DNA of 64,000 bases from an uncultured Gemmatimonadales bacterium (lineage in GTDB: Bacteria > Gemmatimonadota > Gemmatimonadetes > Gemmatimonadales > Gemmatimonadaceae), in contig OY969695.1 in the NCBI GenBank assembly GCA_963701965.1, forward strand, positions 3,104,001-3,168,000, given 5' to 3'. Numbering within the stretch: the first letter of the stretch is position 1; every line of letters begins with the position of its first letter. Shown in pieces: positions 9,965 to 18,460 of the stretch. The notes beneath the pieces were generated by a model. The model searched no databases. It was not told the origin of the DNA and was given only the letters and a program-made list of their open reading frames with translations. The position numbers and the translations under genes were made by a program.

Positions 9965-10104
9965 TTCGCCATAGCGCGACGGAAGTGCAGGGAGTGGCAA
10001 TCGAGGTAGACGCGCTTCGAGTCCCAGCGGTGCGTTGGGCCGCGCTACTTCGATCGATCTTCGCGCATCTGATCGGGATGAGAATACCTGGTGTGCTTTT
10101 CGCC

Positions 10105-10167
10105 TTTTACGGCAATCGACTCATACTTTTTACGGCAATCGACTACGACTTTCTACGGCAATCGACT
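10105..10167 (+). repeat. Three 23-bp-period direct repeats, core TACGGCAATCGACT
   Basis: Identical 14-bp cores start at 10108, 10131 and 10154. Confidence 0.9.
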
Positions 10168-10249
10168 TCGAGATGTGCCGCAAAACGTCCCCAGTAGCCT
10201 CCAAGTGTGCACGATTTGTGGCAACTCAACACCGGGCGGTGTGAGGCAG

Positions 10250-10575
10250 TCCCTTCGAGCGCGACGAGCGGCCCGCGCTCCAGCCGCTCGCGCCCCGCCC
10301 GTATCCGCGGGTCGTCCTGCCGGCCGCGCCCAGCGATCCCCCCGCGGCCCCCATCCCGACCCGCATCGTCGTCGTCGAACGGCGTCCGCTCGCCGCCTAC
10401 GCCGCGCTCGCGGAGGCTGTCTCATGACCGGGCTGACCGTCGCGAGCGCCTGCGCGCGCAACTCGCCGACCTCAGATGCTAGGGGCCTTGAAAGCGCTCG
10501 ACACCGTCCTCCAGCGCGTGGATGCGGGCAGCCTCCCCGCCGCGGCCGCACTCGAAGCCCTGCTTGGCGCCGCGT
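10250..10575 (+). mobile_element. IS21-family remnant (IstA C-terminus plus IstB N-terminus, degenerate)
   Basis: ERPALQPLAPRPY...VVERRPLAAYAALAEAVS* then MTG.DRRERLRAQLADL.MLGALKALDTVLQRVDAG..AAAALEALLGA. Confidence 0.6.
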
Positions 10576-10791
10576 TGGGCGTCGTCGGTCCGCGCTCGCC
10601 GGTGAAGATCAGATCTGAGGTGCCGCGCGGCAACTCTCTGCGCGGGACGGCGAGCCGTAGTGCGAAGATCGTGGTGCGCGTAGCGATCGCGGCCACTGTG
10701 TGCTGTGCCTGCGTGGCGCAGGTTGCCATTTAGGGGAACCAACCCAAGCCTACAGTCAGATCGCCATGAGGGCGTCGTGTAGCGGTGTATG

Positions 10792-11769
10792 TCATCTCGA
10801 CGTCAATGTTGTCCTGTTCGTGGTGCGGACGGGCGATCGTGTCGCTTGGGCGTCGCCTGTCTCGGCGTGCACTCCCTGCTCTCGGCCGATCGGAAAATGG
10901 CTCTGGATCAACGCCATCCATGCGCGCAGGGTCGGAGCGTGCGGTCCGTCGTTTCTGAGAAGAAAGCCGATCGTACGAAATCGTCGCGGCCGGAGACGGG
11001 ATGCCCGGACTCCCGGTGGGGAATTGTGAATGGACAGACGCGGCACGATGGTCACTCCCAATCCCTCTGCGACCATGGCGAGAACCGTGTTGACCTGCTT
11101 GACCTCCCGGTGGAGTGGCAGTCCGAGCCCGGCATCGCGAAACAGCTGTCGAATGTGATCTTCGCATCCGCCGCCCGACAACAGGAATGGGTGCCAATGC
11201 AACGACTCGAGCTCGACGCCGCCGACCGTGATCGGCCGTGCTGCCGCGGGAACAACGGCCATCCACTCGTCGCGCGTCATGACCTGTTGCAGGAGTCCTG
11301 GCTGCGGCAACGTGGCAAATCCGATGTCAGCCGCTCCGCTGGCGCACCACTCGCCGACCTCGCCGTCCGTGCCCTCGAACAAGGAGATCTCGATGGCGGG
11401 AAAGCGGCTGTGGAACTCGCGGATGAGCCGCGGCAGGAGTGTGCTGCCGACGCTCGGGACGGCGGCAATGCGCAGATGGCCTTCGCGCAGTTCGGTCAAC
11501 CCGGCGATCTCGTGTCGGAGCGCCTCCACAGACGCGAGTATCCGCTGGACGTGAGGCAGGATGCGCACGCCAGTCTCAGAAAGGCGTAGACCCCTCCGAG
11601 TCTCTCGCGTCGTCAGTGTCGCGCCCAACGTCTCTGCGAGGACCGCGAGCGTGTGGCTGGCGCCGGATTGGGACATTCCAAGCTGACACGCCGAGCGAAC
11701 AAGCCCGTCACCCCGTGCGACTTCCGCCAAGAGGCGCAGTCCACGAATCGACGGCTCACCAACGGCCAT
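10792..11769 (-). CDS. LysR-family transcriptional regulator
   Basis: N-terminal HTH (QLGMSQSGASHTL), GHLRIAAVPS, MVAEGLGVTIVP; divergent from the GATase gene. Confidence 0.88.
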   Translation of the reverse strand: MAVGEPSIRGLRLLAEVARGDGLVRSACQLGMSQSGASHTLAVLAETLGATLTTRETRRGLRLSETGVRILPHVQRILASVEALRHEIAGLTELREGHLRIAAVPSVGSTLLPRLIREFHSRFPAIEISLFEGTDGEVGEWCASGAADIGFATLPQPGLLQQVMTRDEWMAVVPAAARPITVGGVELESLHWHPFLLSGGGCEDHIRQLFRDAGLGLPLHREVKQVNTVLAMVAEGLGVTIVPRLSIHNSPPGVRASRLRPRRFRTIGFLLRNDGPHAPTLRAWMALIQSHFPIGREQGVHAETGDAQATRSPVRTTNRTTLTSR

Positions 11770-11807
11770 CTTCAATGTTCGATTTTCATCATGATTCATA
11801 TGCTATC

Positions 11808-11830
11808 ATTCGATTTGACTCATATCGAAT
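11808..11830. promoter_or_regulatory. Inverted repeat ATTCGAT-N9-ATCGAAT in LysR divergent promoter
   Basis: Perfect 7-bp inverted repeat in an AT-rich intergenic region. Confidence 0.45.
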
Positions 11831-11850
11831 ATACCACCATCATAACCGTC

Positions 11851-12591
11851 ATGCTCATGTCCCCACGCCACAGCGTCACGGCCGTCGCGATCATCGGCGA
11901 CTACGACCCGCACTTTCCTCCGCACCCGGCAACGACGGCCGCGGTACTGCATTCCGCCCACGCCCTTGGCATCAATGTCAGAGCCGACTGGATATCGACC
12001 GAGGTCGCTGACGTCCCGGCGCTCGCCAAGTACTCGGCACTATGGATTGCCCCCGGAAGCCCCTACAAGAACATGCGGAAGACGCTGGACGCCATTCGGT
12101 ATGCGCGGGAGAGCAATGTCCCGTGCCTTGGGACCTGCGGAGGGTTGCAGCACATCGTCATTGAGTACGCCCGCAATGTGCTGGGATACGTAGACGCCCA
12201 ACATGCGGAGTACGAACCGAGTTCATCGGCTCTCTTCATCTCTGCCCTGGCGTGCTCGCCCGCTGGCCGGGAGATGCACGTCGCCCTGGTTGCCGGCTCC
12301 AAGGTCGCGGGTTGTTACGGCTCCCTCCACGTCATGGAGCGGTATTATTGCAATTTCGGTGTGAACCCGCTGGTCGTGCCAATGTTCAGCAACGGACCAA
12401 TGCGAATCGTCGGTTCCGACGAGGATGGGGAGGTTCGAGTGCTCGAACTCGAGGATCACCCGTTCTTTGTCGCGACGCTGTTCGTGCCGCAGAATCGCTC
12501 ACGGACAGACGCGCCGCATCCGCTGGTGACGTCATTCATTAGCGCCGCGCATGGCGCTGGCATCCTGCCGTCGAGCGGTGATATTCCATGA
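11851..12591 (+). CDS. Stand-alone CTP-synthase-like class I glutamine amidotransferase domain
   Basis: IIGDY, PGSPY, AIRYARE..VPCLGTCGGLQH..IEYARNVLG, HPFFVATLFVPQ, PHPLV. Confidence 0.85.
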   Translation: MLMSPRHSVTAVAIIGDYDPHFPPHPATTAAVLHSAHALGINVRADWISTEVADVPALAKYSALWIAPGSPYKNMRKTLDAIRYARESNVPCLGTCGGLQHIVIEYARNVLGYVDAQHAEYEPSSSALFISALACSPAGREMHVALVAGSKVAGCYGSLHVMERYYCNFGVNPLVVPMFSNGPMRIVGSDEDGEVRVLELEDHPFFVATLFVPQNRSRTDAPHPLVTSFISAAHGAGILPSSGDIP

Positions 12592-12720
12592 CGCATTGGA
12601 GACCGTTGGTCGAACGCCAATGGTCGAGCTCGCGCGGTTGGCGAGGGATCGTCCGCATTGGGTCATCGCGAAGCTTGAAAGCGCAATCCCGGCGGCAGCG
12701 TCAAAGTCCGACCGGGCATT
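12578..12720 (+). pseudogene. Cysteine synthase N-terminal fragment
   Basis: VGRTPMVEL...AKLES followed by frameshifted NPGGSVK, then truncated. Confidence 0.7.
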
Positions 12721-12846
12721 GTGCTCATCGAGGATCCTGACCGAGGAAGCTGTCGTCGACCGTTGCCGTCTCAACGCTGACATCGTTGAGGTCGCCGTGA
12801 AGGAGCGCGCTCAGGCGCCCAGCCGTAGGGTGTAGCGGCTTCGATT

Positions 12847-13090
12847 GTGCGCGCGGCCGGCATTGAGGTCCACCGTTTCGGGGGCGCGACGGTCCGAATC
12901 TACAGCGCGGCTAAGACCGTCGTGGACTGTTTCAAATTCCGCCGTAGGGTCGGCCTCGACGTCGCCCTTGAGGCGCTGCACGATTATCTGAAGCGGCGTG
13001 GCTACGCGGCGAATGCGCTCTGGCGTTACGCTCAACTCGAACGTATGACCACTATCATGCAGCCGTACATCGAAGCACTGCTCTTTTCAT
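12847..13090 (+). pseudogene. AbiEi-family antitoxin C-terminal fragment
   Basis: VRIYSAAKTVVDCFKFRRRVGLDVALEAL...LWRYA...MQPYIEALL; N-terminal HTH missing. Confidence 0.7.
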
Positions 13091-13286
13091 GCAGCACCAT
13101 ACACGATCGACATATCGTCATTCTGACGCGCAATGTCAGATTTGACATTTAATCGGTTATTGTAGGGTCTCGCTACGCGACGGCGTCGTCGAGTCATTGT
13201 CGACGCGCCCGATGCGTTCGCCGGGCGCGTGCTATGGTCACAGGCTCCAAGACGATTCAATTTCCGGCCCAAGCGGCCGATAGAGG

Positions 13287-13676
13287 GTGCATCAAATGGG
13301 AGGTCTCTTTGATCATCCAGGCTATCTCGGATTGACATCGCTGGGGGTAATCGCGATTCATGCAGACTGGCCAGTGTATCCTGCCGAGCATGGAAGCGAG
13401 GTCGCCCTGCGGACGCTCGGCCAGTTTCCACGCGACAACTCGCTGTCGGTCGTGGACAGCATAGATCAGTGTTTCCTGTTGCGTCTCGATACGCCACGGG
13501 ATATGAAGGACCCCTTTTACTGCGCGATCTGGCACAAAGATGCGCTCGAGTTGTTGACGGCGGGATTCATTCGTGGTCGCTCAAACCTTATTCCTATCGA
13601 CTGGATCAATGCGCACGGAGCGCGTCCCCTGACTATCGGTCTGATCTCGGCTCGTCAACTCGTCGGCCAGCGCTAG
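13287..13676 (+). CDS. Hypothetical protein, probably truncated by the IS remnant
   Basis: 129-aa ORF with no recognised motif. Confidence 0.3.
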   Translation: MHQMGGLFDHPGYLGLTSLGVIAIHADWPVYPAEHGSEVALRTLGQFPRDNSLSVVDSIDQCFLLRLDTPRDMKDPFYCAIWHKDALELLTAGFIRGRSNLIPIDWINAHGARPLTIGLISARQLVGQR

Positions 13677-13832
13677 CATGCTGACGCGCGCTTGGATAAG
13701 CTTCTCCCTGGTGTCCATGGGCTTCACCCCCGGTAAGTGTGGTTGTCTCGACAACACCAGCTTACCACCGGGCGAGGATCATGGGCACCTCGCTTTTACG
13801 TCACACTGTCCGCCGATCTCCCGCTAAGTACA
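13655..13832 (-). mobile_element. IS481-family left-end remnant
   Basis: End TGTACTTAGCGGGAGATCGGCGGACAG and transposase start MDTREKLIQARVSMLALADEL (ATG 13718), then truncated. Confidence 0.5.
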
Positions 13833-13969
13833 CTTTTATCCGCGCGGCGCACGGTCCTGACCAACGTCACCTCCAACCACGAGCCCGAGAGTACGGAACG
13901 CTACGGGGTCCTTCCCACACTTGTCATCTATCTCCGCCCCAGTTTTGGTGGGTTGCTACTGGTAGCACT

Positions 13970-15370
13970 TCACTCAGGGGCCGCTCTTGACTTCACGTCC
14001 GCGTGCGCCTCGGCGTTCAGACTGACAGACTCCTTCGCTCGCGCCGCGAGCCGGGCACTGAAAAGGTGCTGTCGAGCGACCTCCTCGCCACGACTGGTCA
14101 GCACACTCTCTCCCGTCTTTTGATCGCGTCGGAGATGAGCGAGTCGGCGACCGTGCAAAACGCCCGAAGTGCGAGTGTCGTAGCCGTGTCGCTTGAGGAG
14201 GCGGGCGAGCTCTCGCCGACTGATGCGTCCGCCGCGCTCGTAGATCTCTGCGATGATGACGTTTGTGCCGGGAGCGGGTAGGGGCGGTGCTGAGTCAGCG
14301 GCAGCCACGGCGCGCGTATAGTATCGTCCCCTCCGCTGTCCGTGCGCGCGCAGCAGACCATGTGCAGCCAGTGCGTCGACATGGTATCGGACCGTGCGGT
14401 ACGGCATGCGCAACTGCACGCCGATCGCCGTGGTCGTCGCGCGGCCGAGCGTCGTCACGAGATCCAGCACCTGCTGTTGAATGTCGGACAGCTCGATCAG
14501 CGAATGCTCGACCCGAAGCTTCGCCTCGAGCGATCGTTGCTGTGCGCGCTGCGCCTGGAGCAGGAAGAGGAGCCAGCGACCGAATGACGCTGGGTCATCG
14601 CGCATGGCGATCTGCGATTCTCGCAGGGCGGCGTAGTACGCGGCCTTGCTTTCTTCGATGACCCGTTCATGTGACGCATAGGGCACATAGTCGTATCCCG
14701 CTCGCAGTAGCAGCAGTGTCGTCAGAGCTCGTGCGAGGCGTCCGTTGCCATCCTGGAAGGGATGGATGGCGATCAAGTCGACAATGAAGCGCGCAATGAC
14801 GACGAGCGGGTGGATGATCTGGCCCTCGAGCGCCTGGTTCGTCGCGGCCACGAGCGCAGCCATGAGACGAGGTGTATCGAATGGACTCGCGGTCTCGAAG
14901 ACCAGCTCCGTATGCCCGTCAGGGTGTCGCGCCTCGACATTGTTCGGAAATTTTTTGTACTCCCCTCGATGACGCTCATCCTTTTCCGAGTACTTCAGTA
15001 GGACGCTGTGAAGTTGCCTGATATGGTTTTCGGTTAGCGCGATCGCAGTCCAGCTATCGTAGATCAGCGTCACCAGCTCACCATATCCGCGCACCTCCGA
15101 CTCGTCGCGCGCACGGAACGAGTCGATGTGTAATCCCTCGAGTACTCGTGCTACCTCGGCGTCGCTGAGCTCGGCCCCTTCGATCCGGGTTGAGCTGGCG
15201 GTCGACTCGATCGTCGTGACTTGGCGCAACTGTGCCAGGCGCTCGGTCCGGACTTCGTTCACACGCCGCCAATGCCCTTTGAACTCATCGATCTCGCCGA
15301 TGAGCCGGAGCATTTCGGCGGTTTGAACACGACTGAGGCTAGGAAGAAAATCGTCGGGCGAGAGTGTCAT
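13970..15370 (-). CDS. Fic-domain protein with C-terminal winged-HTH domain(s)
   Basis: HPFQDGNGRLAR Fic motif, inhibitory STRIEG, wHTH (YRTVRYHVDALAAHGLLRAHGQRRGRYY). Confidence 0.9.
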   Translation of the reverse strand: MTLSPDDFLPSLSRVQTAEMLRLIGEIDEFKGHWRRVNEVRTERLAQLRQVTTIESTASSTRIEGAELSDAEVARVLEGLHIDSFRARDESEVRGYGELVTLIYDSWTAIALTENHIRQLHSVLLKYSEKDERHRGEYKKFPNNVEARHPDGHTELVFETASPFDTPRLMAALVAATNQALEGQIIHPLVVIARFIVDLIAIHPFQDGNGRLARALTTLLLLRAGYDYVPYASHERVIEESKAAYYAALRESQIAMRDDPASFGRWLLFLLQAQRAQQRSLEAKLRVEHSLIELSDIQQQVLDLVTTLGRATTTAIGVQLRMPYRTVRYHVDALAAHGLLRAHGQRRGRYYTRAVAAADSAPPLPAPGTNVIIAEIYERGGRISRRELARLLKRHGYDTRTSGVLHGRRLAHLRRDQKTGESVLTSRGEEVARQHLFSARLAARAKESVSLNAEAHADVKSRAAPE

Positions 15371-15374
15371 ATGT

Positions 15375-15440
15375 GTTGCCGACAGGTAGCCGACAAGCCA
15401 TAAGCCGGCCGTCAATAATGTTGCCGATAGATTGCCGATA
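15375..15440. promoter_or_regulatory. Paired 11-bp-period direct repeats (G/A)T(T/A)GCCGA(C/T)A upstream of Fic-wHTH
   Basis: Copies at 15375, 15386, 15420 and 15431. Confidence 0.6.
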
Positions 15441-15580
15441 ATTAACCGCATTTTCGGGTTCGCGCCAGAGGGGCGAGGTGCCCGGCTGCTTCTACTACGG
15501 ACGTTTCATGCCACCCAACGTCGACAGAGCGATCGAAGCCGAATCTGCCTGCCCACCACACCGCACAACGAGGGACATCG

Positions 15581-15720
15581 GTGGCTTACTACCTTGATCC
15601 ATACTCGCCACAAACCTACGAAGCGTTCAAAAACTCTGCACACTCCCTCTCTGGTTTTCGCCTCAGGCAGAAGAGCATTGCCGAACGAATTAGAGAACAC
15701 AGTCTTTTCTCGCGCCACAC
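15581..15720 (+). pseudogene. N-terminal fragment of an EVE-domain-like protein
   Basis: MAYYLDPYSPQTYEAFKNS..SLSGFRLRQKSIAERIR resembles EVE N-termini; GAGGG RBS; similarity lost afterwards. Confidence 0.4.
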
Positions 15721-15866
15721 CGACGCGGCTGGAGTGGACGTTCGGACGTCGTTGTGGTGCGCGATACCAATAACTCGGGGACGTCTATCGGGAAACGACG
15801 GCACCGGCGCCCAGTCTCCCTCCCGAGTACGGCAAATTGTTGGTTTATGGTGACCTACCTGGTCGA

Positions 15867-15908
15867 CTGTTAACCGGGAGACCGCTGGTTCAAATCCAGC
15901 CGCCCCAG
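15867..15908 (+). tRNA. 3' half of tRNA-Asn(GTT), an integration att site rather than a functional tRNA
   Basis: Anticodon loop CTGTTAA, CCGGG, AGACC, T-arm GCTGG-TTCAAAT-CCAGC, acceptor strand CGCCCCA and discriminator G; no complementary 5' half. Confidence 0.8.
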
Positions 15909-15966
15909 TTTTGAACTAACGCAAAATCATCGACTTGCGCCTTCGACACTCAGCCCACGAGTGCTC

Positions 15967-15987
15967 GGGGGCGCGTTGGGGGCGCGT
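15967..15987 (+). repeat. Tandem GGGGGCGCGT repeats (putative integrase arm-type sites)
   Basis: Two copies 11 bp apart, about 60 bp from the tRNA fragment. Confidence 0.5.
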
Positions 15988-16183
15988 AATATCCGTCCAC
16001 GGCCCGTAGCGATTTCCCACTGCTCACCCAACTTCGACGGCTCGTTCATCACAGCGAGTATCGTGTCAGAATCGGGCTGCTGAGAGCACTTCAATAACAT
16101 CCACGTCCCTTTCCATCCGCCTGCTGCGGCGACATCGCCGAGCTAGGCGTTGGTTGTGAGTGTAACCGCGGGTGTATCAGCGT

Positions 16184-17362
16184 TCATCGCTGCGCAGCTT
16201 TGGCTCCAGATCTCGCCTCACTGACGACATCGAGGATTTCACGGGCGAGGTACACTCTGCCTCTGGCGTTCCCAGTCACCTCTGCAAGAATTCCATTGCG
16301 TTGGAGAGTGTTGATGCAACTTTGCGCTGTGCGGAATGTGACCCCTAGGAAGCCTTTCGCCAAATTGGCCGTTGTTACTGGCACGACGAACAATTGATCA
16401 ACCAGCTTCGTGGTGAGCACTGAGGCGCGCGCGACTTGGCACCGGTTCCGAAATTCATCTCTCAGCGCAAGCAGCTTAGTCAATCGAGCAACCGCGTCCG
16501 TGGCTTGTTCGCTTACTCCCTGCAGAAAGAATGTGATCCATCCTGTCCACTCGCTGCGCTGGCTTACCGCAAGCAGGTGATCGTAGTACGCCGTGCGGTG
16601 GTTCTCGAAATAGGCGCTGAGATAGAGTAGCGGCTGGGTCAGAACTCCATCGATTGCCAGTAGCAATGCGATCAGCAGCCGGCCAATGCGTCCGTTGCCG
16701 TCAAGGAATGGATGAATCGCCTCGAACTGATAATGAATGAGCGCGAGCCGGATCAGGGGGGGGATGCTTGAATGTTGATGGAGGAAGACTTCGAGGTCAT
16801 TCAAGCATATGCGCATTTCGTCCGGCGGTGGCGGAACGTAGCGCGCGTCGCTCAACGGGCAGTTCGGGGCGCCGATCCAATTCTGCGACGTTCTGAACGC
16901 GCCGGGCGTCAGGTGGTCGCCTCTGACGCCATCGAGCAACTTCGAGTGAAGCTCACAGAACAATCGCGAGCTGACCGGAAGCGTTTGCTGACGCGTGAGC
17001 CCGTACTCGAGTGCCCTGACGTAGTTCGCGACTTCTTGTACGTCCGGTGCCTGTGGTGTGACGCTTGGAGCGGCCTCGAAGAGAAACAGATCTGACAGTG
17101 AGGCTTGGGTGCCTTCAATACGGCTGGAGAGTACAGCCTCTCGCCGCATGAACGGTGCAATGAGCAGGTGCGGATTGGCCAATGTCTGCGCGACACCGGA
17201 GAGTCGTCCTACGGCACGATCCGCTTCGGACAGTTGCCTGATGAGTTCGGTGTCCCACTCGAGTCCGCTCGGAGGCAGCGGATCTGGGATGAATGCCCAA
17301 TAACCGGCAGGCATTTTCTGAAGTCTGCCGGAAGGGTGATCGTTGAACTCATTGCGGTCCAT
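16184..17362 (-). CDS. Fic/DOC family protein (Fic_N + Fic + wHTH)
   Basis: EAVLSSRIEGT, FRTSQNWIG, YVPPPP, HYQFEAIHPFLDGNGRIGR. Confidence 0.93.
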   Translation of the reverse strand: MDRNEFNDHPSGRLQKMPAGYWAFIPDPLPPSGLEWDTELIRQLSEADRAVGRLSGVAQTLANPHLLIAPFMRREAVLSSRIEGTQASLSDLFLFEAAPSVTPQAPDVQEVANYVRALEYGLTRQQTLPVSSRLFCELHSKLLDGVRGDHLTPGAFRTSQNWIGAPNCPLSDARYVPPPPDEMRICLNDLEVFLHQHSSIPPLIRLALIHYQFEAIHPFLDGNGRIGRLLIALLLAIDGVLTQPLLYLSAYFENHRTAYYDHLLAVSQRSEWTGWITFFLQGVSEQATDAVARLTKLLALRDEFRNRCQVARASVLTTKLVDQLFVVPVTTANLAKGFLGVTFRTAQSCINTLQRNGILAEVTGNARGRVYLAREILDVVSEARSGAKAAQR

Positions 17363-17556
17363 TGGTTGGCTGTGCGTGAGTAATGGGGAAGACTGATCCG
17401 AGTCGACGAGCTGGTCGCGGGCTTCTTTGTAGTATGAAAGTACCACTAAACTGCCAGTTATTATATTATTCCACTAAAAAGTATAATAGCGGCCGGCGAG
17501 AAGTACGTGAGTACCGCTAGCCCGGCTTGGCAGTGCCACTAAAGTCGCACATATTA

Positions 17557-17574
17557 GTGTGACTATAGTAACAC
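17557..17574. promoter_or_regulatory. Palindrome GTGTGACTATAGTAACAC, likely AbrB-Doc operator
   Basis: 8 of 9 pairs complementary, immediately upstream of the antitoxin gene. Confidence 0.5.
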
Positions 17575-17601
17575 CCATCCAAACTCCTCAGAGAGGCTCG
17601 C

Positions 17602-17835
17602 ATGCCGATTCTTCTCAGCAAGACTCGCCCGCAAGGGGCCTCCGTCGTCACCACGCTGCCAGCCGAGGTCGCCCGTCGGCTCGGCATCGAGGCCGGCCAA
17701 GAGTTGGAGTGGATCGAGGATGGATTGGGCGGATTCCGCGTCATCCCGCACACACGAGAGACCGCCGAAGCACTCGAGGCACATGCCAAGGTCATGACGG
17801 AATACGTTAGCGTGTTCAGAGCCTTGGCGAAGTGA
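17602..17835 (+). CDS. AbrB/MazE-type antitoxin
   Basis: QGASVVTTLPAEVARRLGIEAGQELEW; C-terminal YVSVFRALAK; GTGA overlap with doc. Confidence 0.8.
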   Translation: MPILLSKTRPQGASVVTTLPAEVARRLGIEAGQELEWIEDGLGGFRVIPHTRETAEALEAHAKVMTEYVSVFRALAK

Positions 17836-18242
17836 GCGCGGCACGCCCATCAGATGAACCGCGCTGGCTATCGGAATCCACTCTCTTCGCGATCCACGCG
17901 CAGCAGATCGAACGGTATGGCGGAGCGCACGGCGTGCTTGATCCGAACGTCGTGCACCCCGCCCTCGCGCGCGCCATCAACCGCTGGGCCTACGACTCTG
18001 ACGCCGATCTCGCCGATCTGGCCGCCGCCTACCTCGTCGGCTTCGCCCGAAGCCAAGGCTTCAGCGGCGGCAACAAGCGCACCGGTCTCGCGTGCGCGCT
18101 CGTCTTTCTCGCGCTGAACAACGCCGCCCTGCACGTCGCTCCGGCGGAGTTGTACGCGCTCACGATGTCGGTCGCCACTGGCACCGCCGATGACAAAGTC
18201 GTTGCCACCTACCTTCGGACTCGTCTCAGTCCTCAACCGTGA
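17832..18242 (+). CDS. doc: Death-on-curing (Doc) family toxin with variant motif
   Basis: IHAQQIERYGGAHGVLD, LAAAYLVGFARSQGFSGGNKRTG. Confidence 0.8.
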   Translation: MSAARPSDEPRWLSESTLFAIHAQQIERYGGAHGVLDPNVVHPALARAINRWAYDSDADLADLAAAYLVGFARSQGFSGGNKRTGLACALVFLALNNAALHVAPAELYALTMSVATGTADDKVVATYLRTRLSPQP

Positions 18243-18460
18243 GGGACATTTGACAGACTGGGTGCGCTGGAGCGCTTGTCCGGATAGGCCGAGCCTGGCC
18301 GGTCGGGATGGGTCGTCAGACTACTCGGTGCGCGACCGGCCGATCGGTTGATCGTTGCACGGGGAAAGCTTTCCGTGCTCCGACGATGAGTCAGGATTGT
18401 AGATAAAAACGTGCGGACGTTCTATCGCTTTTTGTGCTCGCATTTTATACATTTACGGCT

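Noticed and set aside
10105..10167. Mini CRISPR array
   Set aside because: Repeat units are only 23 bp with ~5-nt variable parts, far too short for spacers; no cas genes
15835..15910. Intact tRNA-Asn gene
   Set aside because: No 5' acceptor strand, D-arm or pairing 5' anticodon stem
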